DNA of 61,561 nt from Firmicutes bacterium CAG:822 (GCA_000432855.1 HF990865.1:1-61561), one strand, 5' to 3'. Shown: positions 18,798 to 31,420, counted from the stretch's first letter. Numbers and translations are program-made. Notes: a model not told the origin generated them from the sequence alone.

Positions 18798-21009
18798 GGA
18801 ATGTTCTCGCTATAACTTCTTCTTGTTGTTTTCTAGTAAGTCTATTAAATCTAACCGCATAACCAGATACTCTAATTGTAAGAAGTGGATATTTATCAGG
18901 ATCATTCATTGCTTCAATTAACATTTCTCTATTCAAAACATTAACATTTAAATGATGAGCCCCTTGAACAAAATAACCGTCAAGTAAAGAAACTAAATTC
19001 TCTACTCTCTCTTCTTCAGAGTGTCCTAAAGAAGATGGAACAATACTAAATGTATTAGAAATACCATCACGGCAGCAATTCGCATAATCTAGTTTAGCCA
19101 CTGAATTAAGTGATGCGATAGCTCCACTACTATCTCTTCCATGCATTGGATTAGCTCCAGGTGCGAAAGGTTCACCGGCTTTTCTGCCATCAGGTGTAGT
19201 ACCTGTCTTCTCACCATAAACTACATTAGAAGTAATAGTTAATACTGATAAAGTAGGATGTGCATTTCTATAACATTTATGTTTAGAAAGTTCCTTAAAC
19301 ATCTTATCTAATATTTCTTTTGCAATACTATCTACTCTATCATCATCATTACCATATTTAGGAAAATCACCATCTATCTCAAAATCTACCGCAATACCAT
19401 TTTCATTCCTAATCGGTTTTACTTTCGCATACTTAATAGCTGAAAGTGAATCAGTTGCGACAGAAAGACCAGCCACACCATATGCCATTAGTCTATTAAC
19501 ATCAGTATCGTGTAAAGCCATTTGTCCAGCTTCATAAGCATATTTATCATGCATGTAATGAATAATATTCATCGCATTAGAATAAATTTCTGCTACTTTC
19601 TCAATCATCTTAAAGTAAGCTTCTTTTACCTTATCATAATCAAGTACTTCATCTGTCATTTTTTCAAAACCTTCGACAGCGAGTTCTCCAGTTCTCTCAT
19701 CAACACCACCATTAATCGCATATAAAAGTGACTTAGCTAAATTACATCTAGCTCCAAAGAACTGCATATCCTTACCCTCACGCATAGCTGATACGCAGCA
19801 CGCAATCGCATAATCATCACCATAAATAGGTCTCATTACATCGTCATTTTCATATTGAATAGCATCTGTTTCAATACTCATTTTAGCGCAGTATCTCTTA
19901 AATGCCTCAGGTAATTTAGTAGACCATAAAACTGTCATATTAGGTTCTGGTGAAGTATCCAAATTAGTTAAAGTATTTAAAATTCTATAACTTGTTTTAG
20001 TAACCATGCTTTCTCCCTCATTGGTAATTCCACCAATTGAGCAAGTTACCCAAGTAGGATCTCCAGAGAATAACTCATCATAATCAGGAGTTCTTAAATG
20101 TCTAACAAGTCTAAGTTTAATAACAAATTGATCGATTAATTCTTGAACTTTTTCCTCTGTTATTAACCCTGCTTTTAAATCTCTTTCGAAATAGATATCA
20201 AAAAACGCATCAACACGGCCCAAACTCATAGCCGCACCATTATTTTCTTTAACAGAAGCTAAATATCCAAAATAAGTCCATTGAACTGCCTCTTTAGAAT
20301 TAGTTGCTGGTTTAGAAATATCATAACCATATCTTGCAGCCATTTTCTTAATTTCATCTAAAGCTCTATATTGCATAGAAACTTCTTCTCTAAGTCTGAT
20401 TAAATCATCAGTCATCGGACCGGTTAAATTATTCCAATCCTTTTTCTTCTCAGCCATCAAATAATCGATACCATATAAAGCTACTCTTCTATAATCGCCT
20501 ATAATTCTTCCTCTACCATAAGCATCAGGAAGTCCAGTTAATAATCCATTATGTCTAGCTTTTCTAATATCTTCAGTATAAGCATCAAATACTCCTTGAT
20601 TGTGAGTTTTTCTATATTCATTAAAATATTTATCAACCTCAGGATTTAATTTATAACCATATGCATCCAATTCTTGATAAACCATTCTAATACCACCATA
20701 AGGATTTACCATTCTCTTAAGTGGTGCATTTGTTTGAAGACCAACAATTACATCATCATCTTCATTTATATATCCAGGTTCAAAAGCATTAATTCCACTC
20801 ATATGATCTACATCAATGTCTAAAACATGCTTTTTTAACTCTTCTTTTAGTAAATCAGAACATTTTCCCCAAACACTATCAGTTTTTTTAGTAGTGCCTT
20901 TTAAAAATTCTTCATCACCATCGTATTTTGTATAATTAGATTTAATGAAATCACTAACATTAATTTCATTCATCCATTTTCCTTCTTTAAAATCTTTCCA
21001 TGCTTCCAT
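18784..21009 (-). CDS. pflB: formate C-acetyltransferase (pyruvate formate-lyase)
   Basis: 741 aa. Active-site AIACCVSAM and C-terminal glycyl-radical motif [11 protein letters not shown]. Confidence 0.97.
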   Translation of the reverse strand: MEAWKDFKEGKWMNEINVSDFIKSNYTKYDGDEEFLKGTTKKTDSVWGKCSDLLKEELKKHVLDIDVDHMSGINAFEPGYINEDDDVIVGLQTNAPLKRMVNPYGGIRMVYQELDAYGYKLNPEVDKYFNEYRKTHNQGVFDAYTEDIRKARHNGLLTGLPDAYGRGRIIGDYRRVALYGIDYLMAEKKKDWNNLTGPMTDDLIRLREEVSMQYRALDEIKKMAARYGYDISKPATNSKEAVQWTYFGYLASVKENNGAAMSLGRVDAFFDIYFERDLKAGLITEEKVQELIDQFVIKLRLVRHLRTPDYDELFSGDPTWVTCSIGGITNEGESMVTKTSYRILNTLTNLDTSPEPNMTVLWSTKLPEAFKRYCAKMSIETDAIQYENDDVMRPIYGDDYAIACCVSAMREGKDMQFFGARCNLAKSLLYAINGGVDERTGELAVEGFEKMTDEVLDYDKVKEAYFKMIEKVAEIYSNAMNIIHYMHDKYAYEAGQMALHDTDVNRLMAYGVAGLSVATDSLSAIKYAKVKPIRNENGIAVDFEIDGDFPKYGNDDDRVDSIAKEILDKMFKELSKHKCYRNAHPTLSVLTITSNVVYGEKTGTTPDGRKAGEPFAPGANPMHGRDSSGAIASLNSVAKLDYANCCRDGISNTFSIVPSSLGHSEEERVENLVSLLDGYFVQGAHHLNVNVLNREMLIEAMNDPDKYPLLTIRVSGYAVRFNRLTRKQQEEVIARTFHEKM

Positions 21010-21120
21010 AACATCATCCTACTTTCCACACAAGATTATAATATTTCAAAAAACCAGAGTCAATAAAAAACATATGTTTCACACAAAAAAATTACAAGTT
21101 TGTGTAAACTCATAATTTAT

Positions 21121-21595
21121 TTATAAACTACTTACCTCCTCATCACCAATTAAAGTAATAGAAAATGTTTTATAACCTATTCTATTTATACTTGAACCGC
21201 AATGATAAACAGCCTTACTATGTAATAGTTTGACTTGAGAGTTATGATCTAGCACCATATTATTGATATATTTTTGCTCAAGTAAATTAGAAGAAATATA
21301 TTTTCTCATAGCTACAAATACATCTATAATAACAATACTTACTTTTGTAGCTACATCAGTTTTTAATATAGCTGCAAGCATAACCACACCTTGCTCTGTA
21401 AATACCGTATGCCCTTTTCTGGAACCACCCTTTGAAGTCGCAATTTGCGACTTCAAAAATTATACTCACTTTCCGTAATTATAAAGCAAAATCTTTCTGG
21501 AAATTTTGCTTTATTTCTATTAACCGCTTCATTTATTCTTCTCGTTTCAGTAGATAAAGCCTAGCCAAATCTCTTATAGCTACCAAATGAACATT
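21121..21595 (-). pseudogene. ORF6N/KilA-N-like DNA-binding protein, frameshifted
   Basis: Three frames must be spliced to read ..IRDLARLY / STETRRINEAVNRNKAKFPERFCFIITESEYNF / KSQIATSKGGSRKGHTVFTEQGVVMLAAIL.. The shifts fall at homopolymer runs. Confidence 0.65.
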
Positions 21596-21831
21596 TATAT
21601 CATCTATGTATTTATCAAATCATTTTTTACACTATATTAGTGTAACTTATCAAATAAATTCCATTAAATATTTTATGTTTACCTGATTTACAATTATAAC
21701 TATATTAGGAAGCAAATACGCAGGAATCTTTTCATTATAATATTTATAACTTAATAATTCAACTACTATTTCTTAGAGATTCATATAATATTCTAATATT
21801 GTAACAATCACAAAAGACATAAACAATATTC

Positions 21832-21860
21832 AAAAAGTCTCTACACATTTGTATAGAGAC
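21832..21860 (-). terminator. terminator downstream of the Abi pseudogene
   Basis: Stem GTCTCTA / TAGAGAC, followed by TTTTT on the minus strand. Confidence 0.6.
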
Positions 21861-21862
21861 CT

Positions 21863-21900
21863 GACGACTTAGAGCTTCGAAAGTTTTCTAAGTACCAATC
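21863..21900. repeat. 38-nt hairpin repeat, copy 1
   Basis: GACGACTTAGAGCTTCGAAAGTTTTCTAAGTACCAATC. The stem is ACTTAGA/TCTAAGT. Confidence 0.8.
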
Positions 21901-21928
21901 ATTAATATTCTATCCAATATAATTAATT

Positions 21929-22795
21929 TTATTCATTAAAAAATCCCATTAAATATAAAATTAAATTAATATCAACAGATTTAATATTATTTTTTAACTT
22001 TTCGATTTCTAAATTAACCAATCTTTCGAACTCATCACTTTTATCTTTATCTAATAAACGTTGAATAGATTTCATAATCATATAAATATTAGTAATTATC
22101 CTTGTTATAATAATTACTATCTATAATTTTAAAAGTAATTAAAAACTTACTATGAAAGGAAAACATTCTATCGTTATGAGCACATATATTCCTAATCATG
22201 GTAATATTTTTCATTACTTGTTTTAAAAAATTATCAGGCACTTTAAACTCTTTACTAATAGTTTGCCTATCTGTTTGTTTCAGCATGCTATATAAACGAC
22301 TTAATTCTCCCCATGTTAAAATTTTAATTAAAACAAAAGGTGGTACAAAACCATATTCATTAATATAATGAGTAATAGCTTCGTGTTTGCCATTTTGTTT
22401 GCTTATTTCTTCATTTATTTTATCAATATTGTCTTGTATTATTTTAGGGTTAATATTAGTATCAAAATTACTTACTAATAAATAATTATTAATACCATAT
22501 TTTGATGATAAAAGTTCAGCCAGTAAAGATTTTATAACCGTTTCTATTTCTAAAATATAAGTTAAAAAATAGAACGAATATTTTTATCAAATTCATATAA
22601 TGAATATATTTCTTCAAAAGTTACATTTTTCTTATAATTATTATCCAAAGTTTTAAACACATCTTTGTATGTATTCACAATAGAATAATAAGAATACTTT
22701 TTAATTTTGTCTAAAGCATAATCTTTATTAGTAACAATAACTCCTCTAGAAATTATATAATCTAATAATTCTTCAGAGCTTTTATATTGTTTCAA
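21929..22795 (-). pseudogene. Abi_2 (AbiD/AbiF-like) abortive-infection protein, two frameshifts
   Basis: The N-terminal ORF 22562-22795 reads ..YSIVNTYKDVF..EFDKNIRSIF. The middle frame reads ..FVPPFVLIKILTWGELSRLYSMLK..MIRNICAHNDRMFSF. The tail, in a third frame, reads ..KSVDINLILYLMGFFNE* and ends at 21929. Confidence 0.7.
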
Positions 22796-22817
22796 TAAAT
22801 CACATCCTTAAAATAAA

Positions 22818-22854
22818 ACGACTTAGGGCTTCAAAAGTTTCCTAAGTACCAATC
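22818..22854. repeat. 38-nt hairpin repeat, copy 2
   Basis: (A)ACGACTTAGGGCTTCAAAAGTTTCCTAAGTACCAATC. The stem is ACTTAGG/CCTAAGT. The A->G and T->C differences from copy 1 are base-paired partners. Confidence 0.8.
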
Positions 22855-23033
22855 GCTTACAATATATCATTTTTTCAAAGCCCTGTCAACTAGTATTCCC
22901 AAGTTCTCAATTAAATTTTCTATTTTTACTTCATCTTTAACTATAGTATTATTCATATCACCCCCTATATATAACATACGACATTTTTAACAAACTTCCT
23001 TTTTCACACAAAAAATAACCGGGAAAAATCTGA

Positions 23034-23298
23034 TTATTTAAAATAAACATCAATTACAAGCTCTACCACACCTTGTTCCGTAAAAACTCTTGTGATATAT
23101 CTACATCCGCCATGAGAACTTACACTTGAGGTCGAAAATTTCGACCTCAAGTTCATCATTTCAAAACTAGTCAAAAGAAAACTAAATCTTTCAAGAAATT
23201 TATCAGGATTGTTTTTTACAGCTTCATTAATTCTTTTTGTTTCAACATGATGAAGTCTAGCTAAATCACTATCTAACATCACTTGTTTTTCTCATCAT
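23034..23298 (-). pseudogene. second ORF6N/KilA-N-like gene, frameshifted at the 5' end and truncated
   Basis: ATGATG after AGAGGTAATT opens MMRKTS.., then an A-run shifts the frame into MLDSDLARLHHVETKRINEAVKNNPDKF..FTEQGVV. The gene stops about 80 aa in, lacking the C-terminal half. Confidence 0.6.
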
Positions 23299-23477
23299 AA
23301 TTACCTCTTGACTTATTTTGATTGATTATATACCACATCATTAATTTTATCAAAATTAAAACAAAAAAATTACAAGTATATAACTCGTAATTTTTAAACC
23401 AACTCATATTCAATTATCTCTCTAGGATTTTTATTATACTCTTCTTCATTTACAAAATATTTTTCAAACTCAGCCAC

Positions 23478-24617
23478 TTATAAATATTTCTTAATTCTAT
23501 CAAATTCCTTAGATTCTCCCAATTTAGTTTTAGCTAAACTTTCAAATAATTTCTTTTGATCACGTGATAACTTCTTAGGTGTAATTACATTTAAAATAAT
23601 AAACATATCACCCTTACGGCCACTATTCACATCAGAAATACCTTTACCTTTAATTCTAAGTTTATCATTACTCTCAGAGCCGGCAGGAATATTAACCTTA
23701 ACCGTTCCATATAAAGTTGGTACCTCTATCTTCGCACCAAGTACTGCGTCAGTAATCGTAACTGGCATATCTAAATAAATATCATTGTCATCACGTTCAA
23801 ATATTGGATGTTTTCTAACATAAAACTCTAAATAAATATCTCCATTAGGTCCACCATTAACTCCAGCTTCACCTTTACCAGAAATTCTAAGTTGATTTCC
23901 AGTGTCTACACCAGCTGGAATAGTAACCTCGATATCTTTATTCTTTTTAACTCTTCCAGTTCCACGGCAAGTCTTACAAGTATCGTCAAAGACTGTACCT
24001 CTTCCACCACATTTATCACAAGTAGTCTTAGTCATAAATGCGCCAAAAAGAGTTTGTTGTTGAGCAGTTACAGTTCCAGAACCATGACACTTATCACAAG
24101 TCTTAGAACCATGACCACCCTTACCATCACAATCTTCACACTTCTCATTTAAAGTTAAATTAATAGTCTTCTTACATCCAAAAGCCGCTTCTTCAAAATC
24201 CAAATCTATTTGAATAACTCTATCAGGTCCTTTTTGACGGCGGTTAGATCTACCACTACCTCTTCCACCAAAACTTCCAAAACCTGATGAAAAACCACCA
24301 CCAAACATACCATCAAAAATATCATCTAAATTGATATCACCAAAATCAAATCCTGAGAAACCACCATATCCAGCTCCTCCAGCGCCAGCGCCTCCACTAA
24401 ATGCCGCATGACCAAATTGATCATATTGCTTACGCTTACTTGCATCAGACAAAACAGCATAAGCCTCCTGAGCTTCCTTAAACTTCTCAGCCGCATCTGG
24501 TTCCTTAGAAACATCCGGATGATATTTCTTAGCTAACTTTCTAAAAGCACTCTTAATCTCTGCTTCACTTGCGTCTTTAGAAACACCCAAAACCTCGTAA
24601 TAATCTCTTTTATTCAT
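23478..24617 (-). CDS. dnaJ: molecular chaperone DnaJ
   Basis: J-domain with HPD, a G/F-rich region, and four CxxCxGxG zinc motifs. Confidence 0.97.
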   Translation of the reverse strand: MNKRDYYEVLGVSKDASEAEIKSAFRKLAKKYHPDVSKEPDAAEKFKEAQEAYAVLSDASKRKQYDQFGHAAFSGGAGAGGAGYGGFSGFDFGDINLDDIFDGMFGGGFSSGFGSFGGRGSGRSNRRQKGPDRVIQIDLDFEEAAFGCKKTINLTLNEKCEDCDGKGGHGSKTCDKCHGSGTVTAQQQTLFGAFMTKTTCDKCGGRGTVFDDTCKTCRGTGRVKKNKDIEVTIPAGVDTGNQLRISGKGEAGVNGGPNGDIYLEFYVRKHPIFERDDNDIYLDMPVTITDAVLGAKIEVPTLYGTVKVNIPAGSESNDKLRIKGKGISDVNSGRKGDMFIILNVITPKKLSRDQKKLFESLAKTKLGESKEFDRIKKYL

Positions 24618-24621
24618 CTAA

Positions 24622-26424
24622 TCACCTACTTCGGTAAATTTCTTTAAATTCATCTATCAAATCTTTAAACATGTCCATAGCTGATTGTATAACATCAGGA
24701 TTATTCATATCCACACCTGAAACCTTTAACTCATCAATCGGATCCATACTGCCACCGAGTGTTAAAAACTTCAAATAATTATTTAACATCTCCTTATCAC
24801 CACTCATTATCTTAGTCGCAATATAACTAGCCGCAGCTAAACCCGTTGCATATTGATAAACATAAAAGTTGTAATAAAAGTGTGGTATCTTCTCCCATTC
24901 ATATCTAATCTCTTTATCGGAAATCATATTATTACCTGAATACTTTTTATAAAGTTCATAGTAATTATCAGAAATAAACTCACTAGTTAAAACATAACCA
25001 TCTTGCTCTTTCCTATGCATCAAATCCTCAAACTCCGCAAACATCGTTTGACGAACAATCGAACCTTTAAATAATTCCATCAAACTATCTAAAATAGCTA
25101 ACTTCTCATTTTTATCATCAGTATGATTAATCAAATATCTAGCCAAAATTAACTCATTAACCTGTGAAGCCACCTCGGCTACAAATATTTTATATTGATG
25201 ATATATATAAGGATTGTTCTTATTAGAATAATAAGAATGCATAGAATGACCAAGCTCATGAGCTAAAGTAGAAACATCGTCAAACTTGCCATTAAAATTC
25301 AAAAGTAAATATGGACAAGATGTATAACATCCCCATGAATATGCTCCACCTTTTTTACCACGGCTTGGCATTACATCAATCCACTTCTCATCAAAAGCCT
25401 TTTTCAAATCATTAATATAATTATCGCCTAAAATAGATAACGCATCCATAACAATATTTTTAGCTTCTTCAAAAGTATAAGACTTACTAGAGTCAGGTAC
25501 CAAAGCTCCATATATATCGTATATATGAAGCTCATCTAACCCCATAACCTCTTTCTTTAAAGCATAATAATCATCCATAATATTAAGGTTATGATGAAGC
25601 ACATCGATTAAATTATCGTAAACTCTGCCATCAATATTACTATCAAATAAAGCCGCTTCACGTGCATCCTTATATCCTCTTCTTAAAGCAATCACGTTAT
25701 CAGTATTTACCTTGCCGCTATAACTAGAGGCAAAAGTATTTTGTAAATTCTCATACTCTTTATAAAGGGTATAAAATGCACTTTTTCTAACCTCTCTATT
25801 ATTATCCATAATATATTTAGAAAAATTAATATTAGATAGTTCTACCTCATTACCATCACCATCTTTAATAACCCCAAATTTCATATCAGAGTTTCTTAAA
25901 TAACTCGCCGTATCTTCAGGATTATTAAGTGATTTACCTAAACTAGAAAGGAGCTCTTCCTCACTATCAGATAAAATATGATCTTTCGTTCGAAGTATAT
26001 TTCTAAACTCATATTCATACATCTTAAGTTCAGATTTTTCATTCATAAATCTATCAAAATCTTCTTTAGAAAGCTTAAGTAACTCTGGAATCACAAAAGC
26101 CGTTTTCGTACTTATCTCTGTAAGTACCTTTTCTATCTTGCCTTTTAACTCTTGATATTTAGAATTACTAGTATCTTCATCGAACTTCAAAGCCGCATAC
26201 ATATAAACTGCATCAGACTTTTTAGAAAACTCTTCATCAAACTTCAAAAACTCATAAATACTATCCGCATTATTAAGCCTACCTTTAAACTCTAAATACT
26301 TATCACCATTAGCTTTAACATATTCAAAGTCTTTAAGCCATTCGTCTTCTGATATATAAATCTTACTTAAATCCCACTTATACTTCTCTTCTACTTCATC
26401 CCTAGTTTTATCTTTTATAATCAT
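24622..26424 (-). CDS. pepF: oligoendopeptidase F (M3B)
   Basis: HELGH zinc motif in TLAHELGHSMHSYYS. The 600-aa length is typical of PepF. Confidence 0.9.
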   Translation of the reverse strand: MIIKDKTRDEVEEKYKWDLSKIYISEDEWLKDFEYVKANGDKYLEFKGRLNNADSIYEFLKFDEEFSKKSDAVYMYAALKFDEDTSNSKYQELKGKIEKVLTEISTKTAFVIPELLKLSKEDFDRFMNEKSELKMYEYEFRNILRTKDHILSDSEEELLSSLGKSLNNPEDTASYLRNSDMKFGVIKDGDGNEVELSNINFSKYIMDNNREVRKSAFYTLYKEYENLQNTFASSYSGKVNTDNVIALRRGYKDAREAALFDSNIDGRVYDNLIDVLHHNLNIMDDYYALKKEVMGLDELHIYDIYGALVPDSSKSYTFEEAKNIVMDALSILGDNYINDLKKAFDEKWIDVMPSRGKKGGAYSWGCYTSCPYLLLNFNGKFDDVSTLAHELGHSMHSYYSNKNNPYIYHQYKIFVAEVASQVNELILARYLINHTDDKNEKLAILDSLMELFKGSIVRQTMFAEFEDLMHRKEQDGYVLTSEFISDNYYELYKKYSGNNMISDKEIRYEWEKIPHFYYNFYVYQYATGLAAASYIATKIMSGDKEMLNNYLKFLTLGGSMDPIDELKVSGVDMNNPDVIQSAMDMFKDLIDEFKEIYRSR

Positions 26425-26469
26425 AATTTTTCCTTTCCATAAAGAGAAAGCTCTAGTCTCCTAGAACTT

Positions 26470-28293
<1,824 letters not shown>

Positions 28294-28304
28294 TCATTCC
28301 TTTC

Positions 28305-28922
28305 TTAATCACTAACTTTGACCATAGCTGGTCTAATAACTTTATCTTTAAGCATATAACCCTTTTGCATAACTTCAACAACCATACCAGGTTCCATACC
28401 TTCAACCTTTTCAGTAAGTACAGCCTGATGAAGTTTAGGGTCAAACTCTTTACCTTTATCATCAATAGCCTTGACATCATACTTCTCTAAAACCTCGACT
28501 AAATGACAATATATCATCTTAAATCCAGCCAAGAATTTTGAAAGCTCATCATCCAAATTCTCATCATCTAGATTAATTGCTCTTTCGAAATTATCAATAG
28601 AAGGTAAAATGTCTTTAACTATATCTTCATTGGCAAACTCAAGCATTCTACTGACTTCTTCATCTTTTCTTTTTCTATAATTAATATTGTCAGCTTTTGC
28701 TTTTAATACCTCTTCTTCTAATTCTTTTATTTTCTTTAAACTTTCTTCTAACTTCTTATCATCATGACATTTGCACTTCTTATCTTTATGCTTGTCACAG
28801 TGTTTATCATGATGTTCATGTTTATCTTCATGTTTATCATAATGCTTTTCATGTTCATGATGTTCTTCGTGTTCATCATGTTCATGTTTTTCATATTTTT
28901 CTTCTTTATCCACTCGTTTCAC
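28305..28922 (-). CDS. grpE: nucleotide exchange factor GrpE with His-rich N-terminal extension
   Basis: The C-terminal two thirds is GrpE-like (..NYRKRKDEE..ILPSIDNFERA..GYMLKDKVIRPAMVKV). GTG start in a GTGA overlap with the hrcA stop. Confidence 0.9.
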   Translation of the reverse strand: MKRVDKEEKYEKHEHDEHEEHHEHEKHYDKHEDKHEHHDKHCDKHKDKKCKCHDDKKLEESLKKIKELEEEVLKAKADNINYRKRKDEEVSRMLEFANEDIVKDILPSIDNFERAINLDDENLDDELSKFLAGFKMIYCHLVEVLEKYDVKAIDDKGKEFDPKLHQAVLTEKVEGMEPGMVVEVMQKGYMLKDKVIRPAMVKVSD

Positions 28923-29908
28923 CTACCTATATTCTCCTTAATGTAATTAAGTAATGCTTCAGCTCGGCCATATTCCATTCTTTTAGGACCAATCAAAGCA
29001 ATTGTTCCTTCTTCACCATCTTTGTAAAAGCTAGTTTTAATAATCGACACATCATCATCAATTGAATTCTCACTACCAATATAAACCTTAATCTCATCAT
29101 CGTCAGTTTTAATACTCTTGATAAGATCCTTATCCTCAAACTTATTTAGTAGATTACGCATCTTACTAACATCGTCAAATTCAGGCTCCATTAATAAATT
29201 ATTAGTTCCACTCATTTTAATGTGTGGTTTACTTGCAAAATCACTAAACGCATTATAAAAGGCATTATATAAAGCTTCATGCTCTTTAACATAACGATTA
29301 ATTATCGGTTTAACCTCAAACTCTAAAACCTGACTTACTTCATCAATTGGAACACCTACAATTAATTTACTAATAATATCGATAGTCTGCTTAACTTCCG
29401 CTTTACTAACATTACCATCAATAACTACATTACGATTTTCTACATGTCCTTTATCGGTAATTACAATAGCAATCATTTTATTATCATCTATCGGCACTAC
29501 CTCAACCTTCGCAATTTTATTGTCACCAGAAGAATGACCTAAAACCACAGCTGTGTAATGCGTAAGCTCTGAAACAATTTCCATACTTTTTGTAATCGCA
29601 TCAGAAAGGACTAATGCATTATTTGAAAATATCTGTTTCAGTTTTAACATATCCTCACCATTAAGTTCTTTAGGTACCATAATATTATCAACATAATATC
29701 TGTACCCTTTATCACTTGGAACTCTACCAGATGAAATATGTGTCTTTTGAATTAAAGAAAGTCCTTCAAGAGTTGCCATCTCATTTCTAACTGTTGCACT
29801 CGAACACTTCATTTTCTTACATAAAGCCTTCGAGCTAACTGGAGTTGCCGTCTTAATATAATTTTCAACAATTAATTTAAGTAATTCTTCCTGTCTCCGA
29901 GTCAGCAT
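28919..29908 (-). CDS. hrcA: heat-inducible transcription repressor HrcA
   Basis: MLTRRQEELLKLIVENYIKTATPVSSKAL.. winged-helix N-terminus. First gene of the dnaK operon. Confidence 0.95.
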   Translation of the reverse strand: MLTRRQEELLKLIVENYIKTATPVSSKALCKKMKCSSATVRNEMATLEGLSLIQKTHISSGRVPSDKGYRYYVDNIMVPKELNGEDMLKLKQIFSNNALVLSDAITKSMEIVSELTHYTAVVLGHSSGDNKIAKVEVVPIDDNKMIAIVITDKGHVENRNVVIDGNVSKAEVKQTIDIISKLIVGVPIDEVSQVLEFEVKPIINRYVKEHEALYNAFYNAFSDFASKPHIKMSGTNNLLMEPEFDDVSKMRNLLNKFEDKDLIKSIKTDDDEIKVYIGSENSIDDDVSIIKTSFYKDGEEGTIALIGPKRMEYGRAEALLNYIKENIGR

Positions 29909-29921
29909 TTAATCACCTCTT

Positions 29922-29948
29922 TTAGCACTCTTTTAATCTGATTGCTAC
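29922..29948. promoter_or_regulatory. CIRCE-like operator 1
   Basis: TTAGCACTC-N9-GATTGCTAC versus consensus TTAGCACTC-N9-GAGTGCTAA. Lies directly upstream of the hrcA RBS. Confidence 0.65.
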
Positions 29949-29967
29949 TTCATTATAGCATTATATG

Positions 29968-29994
29968 CTAGCACTGTCAAGATATGACTGCTAA
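29968..29994. promoter_or_regulatory. CIRCE-like operator 2 (degenerate)
   Basis: CTAGCACTG-N9-GACTGCTAA, with 7/9 and 8/9 matches to the consensus half-sites. Confidence 0.5.
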
Positions 29995-30136
29995 AAATCT
30001 ACAATTTTTTTTATTTTCTTTCAAAACATTACAAAACAGTCCAAAGTAAAATATTTAATTTAACTTCATCATTTAAAAAACACATTATAAAAGCGACTGT
30101 CTTAGCAGTCGCATGATATACTTGCTTTATTTTTTT

Positions 30137-31420
30137 CTAACTTATGACATATGGATTTTCTTGGCTTCCATCTCCTGTTAATGTAATAGATGATGTTAAA
30201 TAAAGGCTAGGAACTACTCCACTACTCATATAAACTAATCGATAACTCATATTTCCAGCATTACTAGGTACACCATATACATCAAACGCATAATTAGAAC
30301 CGCTGTCAAGTGGTGACATCATCCACAAATAACCATCTGACGGTACTATTGATTGCATCCAATTAGTTGTAATACAGCTTTCTCTATTTGTATTATTAAT
30401 ACTCATATTTCCACACTGTTCTTTATTAGAATTTGCTCTTAGATATTCACTTGAAATTATTAAACCAACATTTCCATTCCATGTGGTGCCATTCTCATCA
30501 TTTATTTGATTAGCTAAATCTGTATTACCTGCTGTTACACCACCTATACTCCATGTATAAGAAACTATTTTATCCTTGTTAGTTGTGATTGTTGGTAAAT
30601 AGGTATCATTCAAATATGAATTTAATGTGGCTGGTCTTGCCCAATTATTTAAACCAGAATTATCCTACACCATATCTCCTATACTTTCATTTCTCATTAT
30701 TTTAATTAAACCACTTGAATCTACACTTATTATTCTCCAGGTTTCATTATTAAAAGTTATATAATTATTTGGATCAGCTCCTTTATATGTATATTTTCCA
30801 TCCTCATATTCATCTTTATATAGTCCATCGCCTGAATCTACTACTGGTACATCTTGTCCACCAATAGTTGTAGTCTCTCCTCCAGGTCCTAGTCCTACAC
30901 TTCCTCCATCTGCTTGTTCATAATCCAGTTCCATATCTAATGTACTATCTAAGTCATCCGGTTAACTTGTTACAGCTGGATTATATGTTACTGTAACTTG
31001 CATTGTTACTAGTTCTCCCGCATTTAAAGGATCTCCCTCATTTACTCCAGAAATTGTAAACAAGATTGCACTATTACTTGTATCTGTTTTTGTAATAGTT
31101 TTTAATACTGCATCAATAGTTCCTTGGTTTTCTATTGTTATATTATAAGTAATAGAATCCCCTGGAGACTGTAATGTTGTTCCAAAGGTTGCTGTTGTAT
31201 CTGTATGTGTTGTTACTTCCGATTTATCTTGAGCACCTCCAACAATATTTGATACTTCTATATTTATAATCTTTACTAAGAAATTACTCACAATATTAGA
31301 TGTTCCTGATATTTTTAATTGACTTTGAAATGCCGCATATCCTACAACCATTATAAGTAATATTGCACATAGCCCTATTATTATATAATTACGCTATGTT
31401 CTGTTCAGTCTTTTATTCAT
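30137..31420 (-). pseudogene. secreted/surface protein with N-terminal signal anchor, interrupted by three in-frame stop codons
   Basis: A single frame reads MNKRLNRT*RNYIIIGLCAILLIMVVGYAAFQSQLKISGTSNI..TYNPAVTS*PDDLDSTLDMELDY..ESIGDMV*DNSGLNNWARPATLNSYLNDTYL..ENPYVIS. The stops are TAG 31394-31396, TAA 30962-30964 and TAG 30665-30667. No frameshift is present. Confidence 0.7.

Noticed and set aside
23395-23477. 27-codon GTG-initiated frame (VAEFEKYFVNEEEYNKNPREIIEYELV) starting immediately after the dnaJ stop.
   Set aside because: It is too short, has no RBS and matches no recognisable family. It may be a remnant of the eroded accessory locus, but it cannot be supported as a gene.
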